From Camelus ferus (taxonomy: Eukaryota): a stretch of 64,000 bases of DNA. Position numbers and translations under genes: made by a program. Location of the stretch: the NCBI RefSeq assembly GCF_009834535.1, contig NC_045696.1, positions 16,804,001-16,868,000 on the forward strand, in the 5' to 3' direction. This document shows, piece after piece, positions 38,500-52,214 of the stretch; the first letter of the stretch is position 1, and each line of letters starts with the position of its first letter. The notes under the pieces were generated by a model. That model was not told where the DNA came from. It made no database searches and saw only the letters and a list, made by a program, of their open reading frames with translations.

Positions 38500-39560
38500 T
38501 GCCCTTTTCCCATCGGATTACCTTTGGTCCTTTGTGAAAGATCACTCGATTGTAGTTGTGTGGCTCTATTTCTGGGCTTTTTATTCTGTTCCTTTGATCC
38601 ATGTGCTTATTCTTTCACCAAATACCATGCCATCTTGATTACTGTAGCTTATAATAAGCCTTGAAGATAGGTAGCCTGAGCCTTCAAACTTTGGTTTTCA
38701 CTATTGTGTTCACATTTGCAGGTCTTTATACATTTTCATATAAACTTTAGAACAAATTTGTCGACTTCTACAAAATATCTTTTGGGATTTTGATTTGGAT
38801 TGTATTGAATTTGCAGATCCAGTTGTTAAGAGTTGACATTCATTGATCTGATTTCCAGTCCATGAACATGGACTGTCTCTCAATTTAGTTATATCTTTGA
38901 TTTCTTCACCAGAGGTTTTAAAAAAATTCACATACATATACCTTACACATTTTCATACATTTATACTTAAATAGTTCATTTTTAGGGGGTACTATTGAAA
39001 TGGTATTTTTTCATTTCAAATTTTAATTGTTCATTGCTTGTATCTAGGAAGGCAATTGACTTTTGTATATTAACATTGCATATTATGAATTTCCTATAAA
39101 TCTTATTCATTTCAGGAATTTATGTCAACTCTTTTGCATTTTCTACATAGAAAATTATGCCATCCAGTTTCTTAATACTAAATATGATATTATTTGTAGC
39201 TTTTTAAAGATTCTTAAAATCAAATTTTAAGAATTTCTTCTAGTCTTAATTTGCCAAGAGTTTTTAATAATAGATTTTTATCAATGCATTTTCTGTATCA
39301 ATTGACATGAATCTATAATTTTTCTTCTTTATTCTACTGATGTGTTGAATTATAGTGGTTGAGTTTTGATTGTTGAACTAGCCTTGAATACCTGGGATAA
39401 ATCCCACTTTATTGCAATGTATAATTATATTGATGCATTGTTGTAGGTGAATTTTGCACATATATTTATGAGAGATATTCACCTGTAACTTTCTTTTCTG
39501 TAATGTCTTCATCTGGTTTTGGTATTAGGGCAATGCTAGCCTTACAGAGAGTGTTAGGAA
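38500..39560 (-). mobile_element. L1 ORF2 (RT region) fragment
   Basis: Antisense ORF2 motifs; ggttttggtattagggcaatgctagcc encodes ASIALIPKP. Confidence 0.85.
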
Positions 39561-39599
39561 CTATAAAAATAAAATAAAATTATAATAAATAAAATGAGT

Positions 39600-40588
39600 G
39601 ACACTAATGTTATAAGAGATAAGAGTAAAGAATTGAGAATATCATGCTGTAAGTTACATGTAATAAATGTTGAGGAGTATTATGTTATTGGAAAGATTAG
39701 TTGTAAATGTATATTGCAAACTCTAGTGTAACCACAAAACAACATTTTTGAAAGAGTAACAATTGATATGCTCTGAGAGGAAAGAAAATTTAATCACATA
39801 AAATGTTCACTTAAAACCAGAGAAGGCATAAAATAGAGTTTACAACTAAATCAGTAATCACTTTAATATAAATAATCTAAATGGACAGAAGATTGTCAGA
39901 GTGAATTTAATAAAAAAAATACACAATTACACTTTGTCTACAAAAATGTCACTTTAAATATAAAGAATCAAATATCAGTACTCCTCTTTCAGTAATTTAT
40001 AAATTAATCAGTCAGCAAATTAGTAGGATATAGTTCATATGATTTTAATCAATATCTGTAAAGCATGATATCCAACATCAGAACACATATTTTTCTCAAG
40101 CTCACATGGAATATTCAATACAATAAATGGCATTGTTGGCCTTAAATGCTTCATAACAAATTTTTAAAAGTATAGAAATCATGCAAAGTATGTTCTCAGG
40201 TAGCAATGAAGTTAAACTAGAGATCAATGACCTAAGATAGATCTAATATACCGAAATACCTGGAGATTAAAAAAAAAATACCTGTGAACAACACATGGAT
40301 CAAAGAAGTCTCAACACTTCTAAATTGAATTGAAGATAAAACATACCAAATACATGAGATGCATTTAAAACTATACTTAGAGGAAAAGCTATAGCATTTA
40401 ATGCCCATATTAGAAAAGAAAAAAAAAAAAGACCTAAAATCAATAATCCTGCCATTTGCCTTAGAAAGCAAGACAAAGAGGAACAAGTTAAACTTAAAAC
40501 AAGTAGAAGAAAATGAAAAATTAAAAAGAGCAAAAATCAGTGATGTTTAAAAAAAAGAATGAAATAGAGAAAATAAATGTGTCCAAAG
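39600..40588 (+). mobile_element. L1 inter-ORF/ORF2 endonuclease fragment, opposite orientation
   Basis: ttctcaagctcacatggaatattc (FSSSHGIF), atagaaatcatgcaaagtatgttctca (IEIMQSMFS), atagagaaaataaat (IEKIN). Confidence 0.85.
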
Positions 40589-40870
40589 TCTCTCAGTGCT
40601 TTTCCTTTATAAACGAACTCCCTCCAAAAGGTTCTCTCACCTGTGAAATAATGTGGGTGCTATTGTACAGTTGTTGCCTCAAAGGACATGTTAACTAAAG
40701 TGCTTGAATCCAAGGCTCCAGGTACAACTTGGTTATATTTATTTTGTGCAAACCTTTAGTGATTTCCCTTTCTTCAGCATCATCTTGGAAGTAGATCCTT
40801 TTTCCTACACTCCTCCCCATTCCAGAAATTCAAAGAATGGCAAAATGATATAATACTAGGAAATATCTTG

Positions 40871-41010
40871 TCCAGTAATTTTCAAAATGTTACATTCATA
40901 TGACACATCTTTAGATCTTGTAAAAATTCTGATCATTAGGTTTGGGGTAGAGCTTGAGATTCCTTATTTTTAGCAATCTTCATGCTTGTGCCAATGTTAG
41001 TCTTTTGAGG
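40871..41010. mobile_element. MER5A-like hAT MITE
   Basis: gatcttgtaaaaattctgat...taggtttgggg...cttgagattccttatttttagcaa. Confidence 0.55.
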
Positions 41011-42644
41011 TGCAAAGATGTAGTCAACACTTCTCATCTTTCACAAGAAGAAACAATGTTTCATAAATTTAGCTTCAATTTATCCCAAATAATATTTTTC
41101 AAAATAGGCTATTCAAAGATACAAAAATCTGGAGCTATAATATTAAACTTAAGTGCAGCTTTTGTTCCATTTCTCAAAGTTGGTGTGATAGTGGAAACCC
41201 TCTTAACTAGACTATTTGTTATATTTGTTTCATAGTTTTGTTTAAGAGATACTCTAATTTGATTTAAGTAATTTTTATTTTTGAATTCAGTATAAAACTT
41301 TTGTATTACACAAAGTTTCATTCAAAATCTGAAATAGATTGTTAGCAATTACCTGAGAAGTCTGAGAACTTGTGCTATAAAGTCATCACATAAGTCATGA
41401 AGTTCCATATAACCTCTCGTTAGCCTAATGCTGTTTCCCATGATGACCAATTTTATTTGGCTGTCCAAGAGAAGGATGAGAGAAAGGAAGCACAGGTAGT
41501 TGCTGAATTACTCAGTGTTCATTGCAAATACAGCAGGTAAGATTACAGCTGTTCTGGATAAGGAAAACTGATAGGATATAGTCTTTGAGAACATTGTGTG
41601 AGAGAAGCATTATGTAAATATTCAAGAGGAAAGCAAGCTGGAAGAATCCTCAAGTCATCTGAATTACAATGCATGCTTCATACACCAAAGAGCAGACATA
41701 AAAGTAATCTACTTGCCTCCAATCTATCATCGTATTTTTCATCAACAGTTCCATAAAAATGGAAAATTAGATTATATACTCTCTTTATTGACATATGAGA
41801 TAAGTATAATGAAAGAACCAAATGAACCTGTGTTTCTGGTTTATTGCTCATAAAATTCACATCAAACGGTCAACAATAACTGATGGGCAGACTGGAGGTG
41901 TTCTTCGTTTACTAAACCTCTTCAGGGGTAATAGTGTTTTATTTGTGAAGTTATTGCTCCTACTCTTCTTTGTACTTATCTAAGGATTTTATGTTCTTGA
42001 ACATTGGCAATTGAATCTAATAATGACTTTCTGGAGACTGCTTCAAAAAACAAAAACTGTATAATTTTCCTGGACACAAAATAATTTATAGTCCTCAGTA
42101 CTTCTTTCAATAGTAGAAAAGACTAAAAAGATGCTATGCTATGGATGACATGAATTTTAGTTTGTGTGTATATATATATAGTAGTGACTCACAAAGAATA
42201 AAGGTAGATTTTTATACAGTAATAATAGAATTCACTTAGACATACATTCTAAAATTTTTCATTCTGATTTTTTTCAATAGGTATTAATCCATAAGCCTTT
42301 TGTTTATTCTGTTTTATTGGAATGTTTGATTTTTCATAGCTTAACATGAACACGTCTTTACTACAGGTGTAAGAAGTGTGCATCTGTATGATACATATGA
42401 ATTTATACTAATGTAAATATTCATACATGAAGAAATATATGCCAACATTGCATTTGTGATTCAGAAGGGCTAATATTCTCAATGAATTTCTCCTGGTTAT
42501 ATCCATGAACCAAGTCTTATTTAAATGCCAATGTCAGAATTCCAGGATCCTACACTGGTCTATTTTGTATTCTCTTTAATTCAGTACAAGTTTACCAGAG
42601 TTAAATAATATCAAATGTTTATATGACACTGACTAATTTGCATG

Positions 42645-42800
42645 TGCTGCTTGAGCTGCCTTACATATTTATACTTGTTCAATCCTCAGTGCCACCCTAA
42701 GCATTCCTCATTTGACAGGTGAGAAAATGTACACACAACAGGGCTGGCATCTTGTCCCAGAATAGGGCTGAGATTGAATTCCACAAAACCTGTCTCTCAC
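42645..42800 (-). mobile_element. MIR fragment
   Basis: aatcctcag...tttgacaggtgagaaaatg...cttgtcccag...gggctgagattgaa. Confidence 0.55.
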
Positions 42801-44781
42801 CAAGGAAACTATTAGCTGCAAATTTCCTTTTGCACATTTGACACCAAGAACTTTCCAATGTATACTATTTTTCCCTCTGCACTTGTTCTCAATTTCTTTT
42901 CTTTCTTTTAACTGTTAACATATTAACTTTTTTCTTATTTAATGTGGGCAAAGAGAACAGAAAGAGAAATCTTCAACAGCACATTTTAATATGCACATTA
43001 TATAGCCTCAGTCTTAATATTAATATCACTAGTGGTAAAATTTCATTTCATTTTATATTCTCTATGGAACTTCAAGAAGGACTTTGATACTTTATGTTTT
43101 TGGCTTTTTCTCTACATTATACAGGCCCATTTTTAGTTAATCCAATTTTTACAGTTAAACTTTTAAAAATTAACCAAATACTTCTTGATTGAAGGGCTGA
43201 AAAATTCTCATTGACTGTGTTCTTAAATGTTTTGTCATGCTTTCTGACAGCATAAATATTTTAGACCTAAAAGGAGTATAAAATTTTTACATATATTAAA
43301 ATAAGAAATAAGTTGAGGGTTTAAAAATCTGTACCATTATACTGAACATTCAAATATGACTTTGGTTACTCTTATACTCTTATGACGAAGAAGAAACAGA
43401 ACATCCCCTAAAGCAAATTTAATTATACCTGTCTGCTTATTACTATAACTCATAATTATCAGATAAAATGCATAATGAAGTAAAATGGCAATTTAATAGC
43501 TGCATAATGGCAGTCAGCTACAGCAGACAAAATGAAATGTCTTTTATAAGGGCTGCAGGTCTTCTCAAATAAATAGATCTGTTGAACTAATAAAATGTTG
43601 GCAAAATAAAATTATTTACTTAGCAGATTTCTGATGGGTTTTGCTAAGTTGCCCTGACTCATTTGAAATCATGGTGCCTGAAGTTTTCTAAGAGTTAATG
43701 ATTTGAATTGTCATCTGGGATATTTAAAAGTTTTTCTTATTAAGTGCAGACCCTGCAGTATAAATCTTTGTGGAGATGGTTTCTGCTGTGAAATAACAAC
43801 TGTTTGATTCTTAAAATCTCATTCAAAGAATGAAAACTTTATGACCTGTATTCCAAATTGGCACATATTCATAAATTAGCCATGTCAAGTGCTTGGGTAA
43901 GAAATACTTAATTGAACAGATAGCTCTGGATCAGAATGGAAGAGAAAATGATATTTAGTCCTTATGCTTTTATTTTTAAAAGAGTCAATTTTCTAGACAT
44001 TTGTGGTATCTCTTAGCAGATGATAATTTTGGAGTTTCCTTACTACCACATCCTGAGAATTATATGTATCAGTTATTACTAATGAGTATATAAAGACAGT
44101 ATTACTGTAATTTCCTAAAATAAGTCATAATGAATGGAAAATGCTCCTTGATGATATTGTTCATTAGATGGAAAATGAATAAACACTTAATTATATATGC
44201 CAATCTTTTAGGAGACTACCAAAGGAGAATTCATACCTAGAACTAAGAATTCTGAGGATAATTTGTCTCCCTTTATCTCCTTTTATGGAGTCACAGCATT
44301 GAGTCACTTGGTGTGTTTTTTATAGCCTTCGAAATTCTTTTTGGAATATTGTTCTGTCGTTTCTTGCCATTAAACTTAGTTTTTCAAGGAAGACAATAAA
44401 GCATTTACTTAGCAAAACTGAACAACTATTAAAAAAATTATCATTGGATTCTATTTTATTTTCTGATTTTAAAACATTATATAGGAAAAAAAATTCTATC
44501 AGTTTGGATCAAAGTATGCAGAGTGGTGTGAATTTCTGGATACATACAGGAAATTAAACAGACATATTTTTTTCTACTTCATTAATAAACTCTGGTAAAA
44601 TAATGAGAGAAGTAAAAAGATATAAAACAAAAGGACAAAGAAGATAGGAGAGTAGAAGGGACAAAAGATGCCCCAAATTTTGGAATTTTGGAATATGGGA
44701 AGTGAATGACGGCCAAAGGAAAAGGTTAACAGCTCCCCTGATCCTGTCCTTTGGCCTCTGGGCTTCTTGAGGATTGGATGC

Positions 44782-45300
44782 TGTTGTGGGTTGAATTGTG
44801 TTCCCCATCCCCGGCCCAAATTCATTCCAATTCTTTCATATATTGAAGTCCTAAACCCCAGGACTTCAAAATGTGACTGTATTTGGAGATAGGATCTTTA
44901 AAGAGAGAATTAATATTAAATAAGCTCATGAGAGTGGGCCCTAATTCAATATGAGTGACATCCTTATAAGAAGAGATTAGGACACAGACACACAGAAAAG
45001 GGATGCCATGTGAAGATACAGGAACTAGGAAATGGCCACCTACAGGTCAAATAGAAAGGACTCAGAATGAAACCAACCTTGCCATCATATATATATTTTT
45101 TCAATTGAAGTGCAGTCAATTACAACTGTGTCAATTTCTGGTGTACAGCACAATGTCCTAGTCATGCATATACATGCATATATTCGCTTGCTGACATATT
45201 GATTGTGGACTTGTAGCCTCCAGAAATGTAAGGACATAACATTCTTTTAATTCAATCAGCCTATAGTACTTTGTTATGGCAGCCCTAGGAAACTAATACA
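44782..45300 (+). mobile_element. MLT1B/C MaLR solo LTR
   Basis: tgttgtgggttgaattgtg...aatgtgactgtatttggagatagg...tttgttatggcagccctaggaaactaataca. Confidence 0.9.
45091..45186 (-). mobile_element. Short L1 3' tail inserted in MLT1
   Basis: ttttttcaattgaagtgcagtcaattacaa...tttctggtgtacagca; degenerate TSD cttgccatcatat / cttgctgacatat. Confidence 0.75.
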
Positions 45301-47179
45301 GATTTTTAAACTAGTAACATAGATTTAAGGAATATATAGAAATATATCAGATCCAATACTCTTGATTAGAAAGCTATTAGAGAATGTGTTTCATCAAAAT
45401 GAAAAAATAAACTGAGAAAGAAACCTAGAAGGAAACAGAGGATTCAGCGCAGGAGAACAGGAAGAAGCAGTCCTAGACAAAAATCTCTGCAATGGGCCAA
45501 GAGAACAACTATTTCAGATTGTAGCAGCCGAGAAGAAATGTCATGGAGTGAAAAATGGGGGAATACTGGAACGGATAGACTATACAATTCATTTGATCAA
45601 GTGAAAATAGTACTGAGAGTTGTTTAAGAGCTCTAAGTATGGGTTTAGAAATTGTTGCAGGTAAAAAAAAACAAACAAACAAAATAAATGAAGAATATTG
45701 CAATTATCAAATCCAGGAGAAAATTTAAGAAATGGAAGTATAATCACAAATGTACTACTTTTTTGGTTGTAGATAAATTCAATGTGTTATGTTATTATAA
45801 ACATTTAATATAGATTTAACCAAAATTACAACTTAACTGTAATAGTAGGTGGGAGGAGCAAGAAGGAGAATAAGGGAAGTAAAATAAAGTATATCATAAT
45901 ATATAATAGATCATATTTAAAATTGATGTGTCAAGAAATACCAATAAGTTGGGCTTGTCTTTTGTCAGTTTAACAGGTATTATGGCCAATCCTTCTAACT
46001 TTTTCTCTAAGAAGTAGAAGCTGAGAACTATATTTTCTAGAAATAAATAAAGCCCTGTTCTTCATCCAATGAATAGTACTTTCATGAAATTTTAGGGATA
46101 AAGGAGAAGGACAGGGCTTTATTTTCAGGTGCCAGTTGAAGATAGACATTGAACCAATGTGGGATTCCAGAAGCCTCCAGATGAGCTTTTAGAGAATCAT
46201 CTTCAATGGTGTACTTGGATACACCGAATACAAGGTACTTGGATAGGAATGGTCCAGAGAATCTTGAGATTTACAGTTGCTTTGGGATGAGCAAATAAGA
46301 CCTACTTGTTTACATGCTTAAGCTAAGATCTTTACTGGATGTTTTCTGGACTTTTTTCCCCAGCCTTCCCTACAGTCATGTGAACATTTAATTGCTTATA
46401 TTAATACCACTTGAGGATATAGACTTGACTTCTTTTTTCCCAACTAAATTAGTACTTAAATAAGCAGTGAAAATTTGTATTTGAAATAAACAGAGCAATA
46501 TAAGAAGAAACAGCTAAAACATTAAATCCTGGAAAATGGAAGGGAGGAGTAAGATTGCATTTTAATATCCATATTCATGAATATTATCCTAAATGCACAT
46601 ACAAGGTTTTTCCAGAGCAGAGAAGATCATTCCTCACACACAGCAAATAAGCATGTGGCTCCCCAGTGCCTCAGCTTCCTAACCCTGGGGTGAAGCAATG
46701 AAATCCAGGTGTTACCCTACAAATACTGGTTTGTATTATAGGTAAATAACCTAGGAAAAAAAATACCCTGGGTGCTTTGCTCCTTGAGAAGGATGTTCTT
46801 ACTCTAACCATTTAGAATGTATATACATCCCTCCAGGGGAAAGATGAGACCATTGTCTCCAGTTTACAGCGTCTTCATACCAAGCCTTCATAGTCCCAGG
46901 TCTCAGCTCCCCAAAACTCCCAGATAAATTACTCTGGAATTATCTCCCTACCTAAATCAGTCATAAATCATCTTCCCAAATTTGCCCATGTTCCAAATTT
47001 CTGTAAAATTTATTCAGAAAGCTTTAACTGTGCAGAAATAGAAAAATATTTTCTCTGCTATCCCACAGGCAATTATTGTTTTAGAAGAATTATGGATCAT
47101 ATGAATATTTAAATTATATGCATGTTACTCTAATTAGCACCTGTGTTGTTATTTACTATTTTTTAAAAGAATAGATGAT

Positions 47180-47334
47180 CTTTCTTTTTTTGGGGAAGAG
47201 ATGTAATTAGGTTTATTTATTATTTATTATTAGGTTGTTTTTTTTTTTTTTTTTAATGAAGGTACTGGGGATTGAATCCAGGACCTCATGCATGCTAAGC
47301 ATGCACTCTACCACTGAGCTATACCCTCCCCCTC
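47180..47334 (-). mobile_element. Vic-1-type camelid tRNA-derived SINE
   Basis: Reverse complement reads GGGGAGGGTATAGCTCAGTGGTAGAGTGCATGCTTAGCATGCATGAGGTCCTGGATTCAATCCCCAG plus an A-rich tail; TSD aagaat[a/g]gatgat (47167-47179 / 47335-47347). Confidence 0.9.
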
Positions 47335-48399
47335 AAGAATGGATGATGTTGGACCTAGATAAGACTTTGTTGAACTGCAATAGCAAGAACAAAACTGCAG
47401 GGGCAAGAGACATGCAGACAGACCATTACCTGATTATTACATAATATTTGCCTTCAGAAACAAGACATCTTTAAGGTTCACATATTTTGTTGCCTCTTAT
47501 GTGAGATAATTAAATTATCACACCGAAGACTATTTATGAAGCCAACATCCAAGTGTTAGTCTTAAAAAGATGGTTGTTTAATTTGCTTTACTTTTTATAT
47601 CAACATTTTGCATTTTTAGAAGGAAATACTTTTATTAAGTATACTAGTTATATTCACACATACCCCCCTTCTGAAATATAGGCATTAACACAGCTATTCT
47701 ATGCTGAAACTGATAGATTCTACTTCAGCTTTCAGGAAAAAACAAAAACAAAAGCAATAAACACCTCAACAAATTAAAACTGAAGCATCAGCAGTACCAG
47801 ATTAGGTGAAGACAGACCCTAGAATTTATGGGGTTATTTGCATGCAGCTTATGCTGTAATTCCCAGGAATACACTTGATTTATTTTGCCCTCTTCAATAT
47901 TGATACATTTTATTCCCACTGACAGCAAAAGTAATTGCTTTGAACGTAACAAAAGTAATTGAGAAGTTCAACAGGACTCCATTGTAGCACTTCTGTAACT
48001 TCTGCATTTGTTTTTGCATTTCTAAATGTGAAAAAGCAGATATATTTTTGGTACTTGAAAAATGAGATTTTGGTAAAGTCACCATGACACAGTCAGGTAG
48101 AACATTCATCTTTGTTTCCTATTCTTTTCAGTTTGAAATACTTTGAGAGAGTACTTTATAGCCACTTGATAATTTGTGTCCTTTTAGAAGAATGGTCTGG
48201 AATATCAATAATTATGTTAAAAAAAAAGCAAATGATCAGTTTTTCCAGGAATACTGATAAATTCAGACCCTGTGTGGCTTCTGGCATTTGTATCTCTGCT
48301 TTCCTCACACATCTGCTACTTATTTGCCTTCTACTTTTAGCTTCATCTACATTTTAGTCCCTACAATGAACCCTATCTAGTTGAGAGAAAATTAGATTG

Positions 48400-48780
48400 A
48401 ATGCAATACTCCAAATGTCAGTACTAAGCCTGTTATCTCAGATGCCTGTGTGACTTTACAAATTTCTATTGATGGGAACTCCCTTTCCCAATGCTTTTTG
48501 GATAGCTCCTACTTTAAGATTGAGGTCCTAACCCTCCGTTCAGGAGCCATTCCTCTATTTACCCTCAGACTAGCTTAGTTGCTTGTCACTCCCTCCCCTC
48601 TGTCCACCTCTCTTACAGGTTAATCATATTACATTAAAGCAGTTTACAGATCTGAAGAGTAGATGATGGAGCATTTGAAGGCAAGGAGTGTAATATTCTT
48701 TCACATGCCCTAACACCTAAGAAAGTACAGGCACAGGTAGGACTTAAAGGATGTTTGCCAAATAACTGAATGGATAATTG
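48400..48780 (+). mobile_element. L2 3' region
   Basis: ttgaaggcaagga...ggcacaggtaggacttaaaggatgtttg...tgaatgga. Confidence 0.55.
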
Positions 48781-50297
48781 ATAAAATGCCTTGAAGATTA
48801 CTAACTGAAAGGAGAGGGCTAGTAGCTTTGAGTGTGATCTGGACTTTGGAAAGTCCTCATCAGTTTAGACGTCAGAGCACCAATAAAGGCATGGCTGGGC
48901 TTGAGAGAATTTGTTTACAGACCGCCTTTCTATGTTGATTCTAGTTGAGTGCCTTTTTAAATGATCAATATTTTTAAGATATATTCCCACACACTGAATT
49001 TCAGAATCCAGTTAAGATTTTATTTCTTTACTCTCTTTATAGTAGAAATCTATATAACTGATGAAACTCTGCCTAAAGCGCGTTTTATAGACGTAGACAA
49101 GAATGAGAAAAAAAAATTCTTAAAGTTTTCTGAGTCAGAAAAGATCACAAAAGGCAGCCTCCTCTCTTTTGATGACTCAAACTCTTTATCTTTAAAAGCT
49201 GCAATATTTCTTCTTTTTTACATTGTATTTTATTTAGTACATAGCTAGATTCGGTTGATTTGTTAATTTTTGTCATTAAAAAATAAATTGACCACTACTG
49301 AATTTTATCGCTTCACTTAGGATTAAATCAATTTATTATGAAGATTGCCAAAATAGTCAGGTGCTCATTTCAAACAGTTGGTATTTTAATAATGAAAATA
49401 ATTAAAATTGATTAGCATAAGCATCAGTCATTAATTAAGTAAACTTACCCAAATAGTTTTATATACTTAATCCTAAGGCAATAGAGATGAGAAAAACTTA
49501 TTTTCAGATCTTTCCAATTTCATCATCCAAATTATTTTGTCTACTTTCTGTATTTTCGGCATACTCTTGAAATATTTTAGCAAAAATTTTTTATTCTTGA
49601 AAAAAAGGTAAAAGTTTCTAATAATCACTGCTATTACTATGTGTTTTTAAATTTTACCATTGATTATTTCTTACCTTTAGATACTCGTGACATAGATTCA
49701 TAACTTTTTTCTTTTGACAACTCCTGATTCAGGCCCCAGATTCCAAATAATAAAATTATTAAAATATCTTTCATCTTAATATAAGATCTTAAACTCTCTT
49801 TGTATTTCCTGCAAAAGCTAGTAAAAGGCACAAAATTTTGCCTCTTTATCTTTTAAAATAAAGGATGGAAATAATTAGGTTTGTTTGGCATTCTCCATGT
49901 TTTTGTTTAAGACATTTACAGTAAAAAGAAAATTAACAAATTTAGGCAGAAGTTCAGTCTTCTTAGATTCATGGTTTATAAGTAAATTGTGTCAGTATAA
50001 ATATATTTCAGCAATCCCATATTTTTCAAGTTAAAAATATATCCATATTTGGACACACAGATTGGCACAGTAACTGTCTATAAAATTCTTTTTCTAGGTT
50101 TCAATGATCTTATTAATCAGGAATATGTACATTATTCCTTAGGATATAAATGAAAGACCCTGAGGATTTTTCAGCCTTCTTACTATTCACAACTTTTTCT
50201 AACTCCCAGGGTAATCATAGCTTCATGAATTGATTTTATATTACATCTCACGAGAAGATTCTACTTCTTCCCAGTCTCATAATGCTGGCTAACATAC

Positions 50298-50888
50298 TAT
50301 TACCAAACCAAACCTGGGTTCACTCAAACAAAGCACAGCAAAAGTGATCTACTGACAATTGGTTGTGTTTGTCACGTTTTTTTCCAAGGCACCCAACGTG
50401 GGGCCAAGCAAGGAGAACAGGCAGCAGCTCATGCCCACCTCCCAGTGGATTTTAGGGAATGATTTTTAAAGACAACATGAGGGAGAGGGTCACAGGTTGT
50501 GTGATCAACTCGTGAACAATTCTTTAATTGGTTGATGGTGATGTAACAGGATGATGTTTCGCAAATCTCAATCATCAACCTCTGGTTCCAACCAGAGTGG
50601 GTCATATGTGCTGCTGGTTGGCATGACGTTAACTTCTTTACCTGGTGGGAGTTTTAGCATATGTGAAACAACTCAAGGATGTGGTTCAAGACATTATCTA
50701 CAGCCTTTGAGGAACTAAAGGTTGCTTGACTGTTTTTCTTTTTTTCTGCATGTTCTCATTTTTCAGATTAAATTTGCTCTTTGGAACTCAGGGAAGGCCT
50801 AGAGGCTAAAACTTTTCTATAAACAAGAGGCGGGAGAAACAGGAAGAGTCTGTTTCGGGGACCCCTCTGCAGGGTCCTGCTTGGTTCA
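50298..50888 (-). mobile_element. ERV1-type solo LTR (same family as 31221-31837)
   Basis: Perfect 4-bp TSD ATAC (50294-50297 / 50889-50892); colinear with the other copy. Confidence 0.85.
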
Positions 50889-50929
50889 ATACTGTATTGG
50901 ACAAAGCTCTACAGTATTATTTTTATATC

Positions 50930-51400
50930 AGATATAAACTTGCTTTTATCTTAAAACAATATTTCGGGAAAAACTTAACATACGTAGTCAAGAATGGCTG
51001 TAGTTGATGACCTATGTGCCTACAACATAATCCTGACAAAACTTCAAAGATGTGAGAGGAACTAAATCTAGCCCTTGAGGCTCCTTTGAGCACCTCCAAA
51101 TGGATTTTAAGCAATTGCTCCAGCAAAGGATTATACATACATTTTGGTTATTATATGTCTACAATCAAGATGGGTAAAAGCCTCAACTTTTACAGGGATA
51201 AAAAATAAAAAGTTGCCTGAGGAATTCAATACTCTTTTTAAGACAGTGGCTTTCACTTAACCAGAACTGTTATTAAGGAGCTTTGAAAGTCATTCTATTT
51301 AATTCAAAAACTCCAGGGCTCATGTCACTGTCAAGATTCAGATAAGTTAGAAACGACAAATGGAATTTGCAAACTTAAGCCAACTTTCAGAAACTCTTGA
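50930..51400 (+). pseudogene. Decayed ERV1 (gammaretrovirus-like) pol integrase
   Basis: Hand translation gives KLAFILKQYFG...MCLQHNPDK, GSFEHLQMDFKQL, DYTYILVIICLQSRWVKA and DSGFHLTRTVIKEL*KSFYLIQKLQGSCHCQDSDKLETTNGICKLK; stops and frameshifts are present. Confidence 0.85.
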
Positions 51401-51945
51401 ACTCTGTGAATATTAGGCCCCCCAATCCCAGAGGCTGCCTTAATACAGACAAAAATGTGATCATTTCACTAAAAAGGTATGAGAAACTTCTGTGAATATC
51501 CTGTGAAAAAACTTTATAACTTGACACCTGGAAAAGACATTCAAGAAGTTTTATCCTGAGCCTGGGGTAGATGTCAGGATGTAGATCCTTGGATTCATGT
51601 TTCTCAATTAAATAGACATAAGTCGTCTCAAAATTACTGACACTGTCTCAGTCAGAGACCTCACAATGAGGACTGGGGGGAAATCTCCCAGAAGCAGATG
51701 ACTGCAGGAAGGAGACAGCTTCTGCATAATACTATCTGATCAAGCAGTTGAGACAACTCAAGGTAGACTGCTTCTGCCCAAATTTTATAGAACAATGCAA
51801 ACAGGGCTATAGATTGTTAAGCTTTGATTTATGTGCTTCTCCTTGACTTTATATTCTTAGATTTTTTTTCCCATTTGCTTGTTTAATATGTGTGAGTTTT
51901 AACAGATTCATAATACCTCTTGACAATAATCAGGTCCCTATGCTT

Positions 51946-52214
51946 TTTTTTTAATTGCAAAGTGGTCATCACAATAAGTCCAGTTAACATCCATCACCAT
52001 ACATAATTGTAAATTTCTCTTGATGGGAACATACAACACCCTCTCTCCCAGCCACTTTCAAATATGCAGTACAGTATTACTACCTCTAGTCAACCTGCTG
52101 TACGTTACATGCCAATGGTAGGCATTTTATACCTAGAAGTTTATACCTTTTGACCCCTTAACCCATTTTGCCACCTCCACCCCACGCTTCAGGCAGCTAC
52201 CAATCTGTTCTATA
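51946..52214 (-). mobile_element. L1MA-type 3' end
   Basis: agttaacatccatcaccatacata...tttcaaatatgcagtacagtatt; TSD tccctat[g/t]ctt. Confidence 0.8.

Noticed and set aside
45950..47000. Possible old LTR fragments
   Set aside because: Too degenerate to assign a family or boundaries by eye
47260..47334. tRNA-Ala-like gene
   Set aside because: The A-rich tail and TSD show it is the head of a SINE
49677..49724. Minus-strand mini-exon ELSKEKSYESMSRVSK with a good donor
   Set aside because: The acceptor lacks a polypyrimidine tract and the peptide is unrecognised
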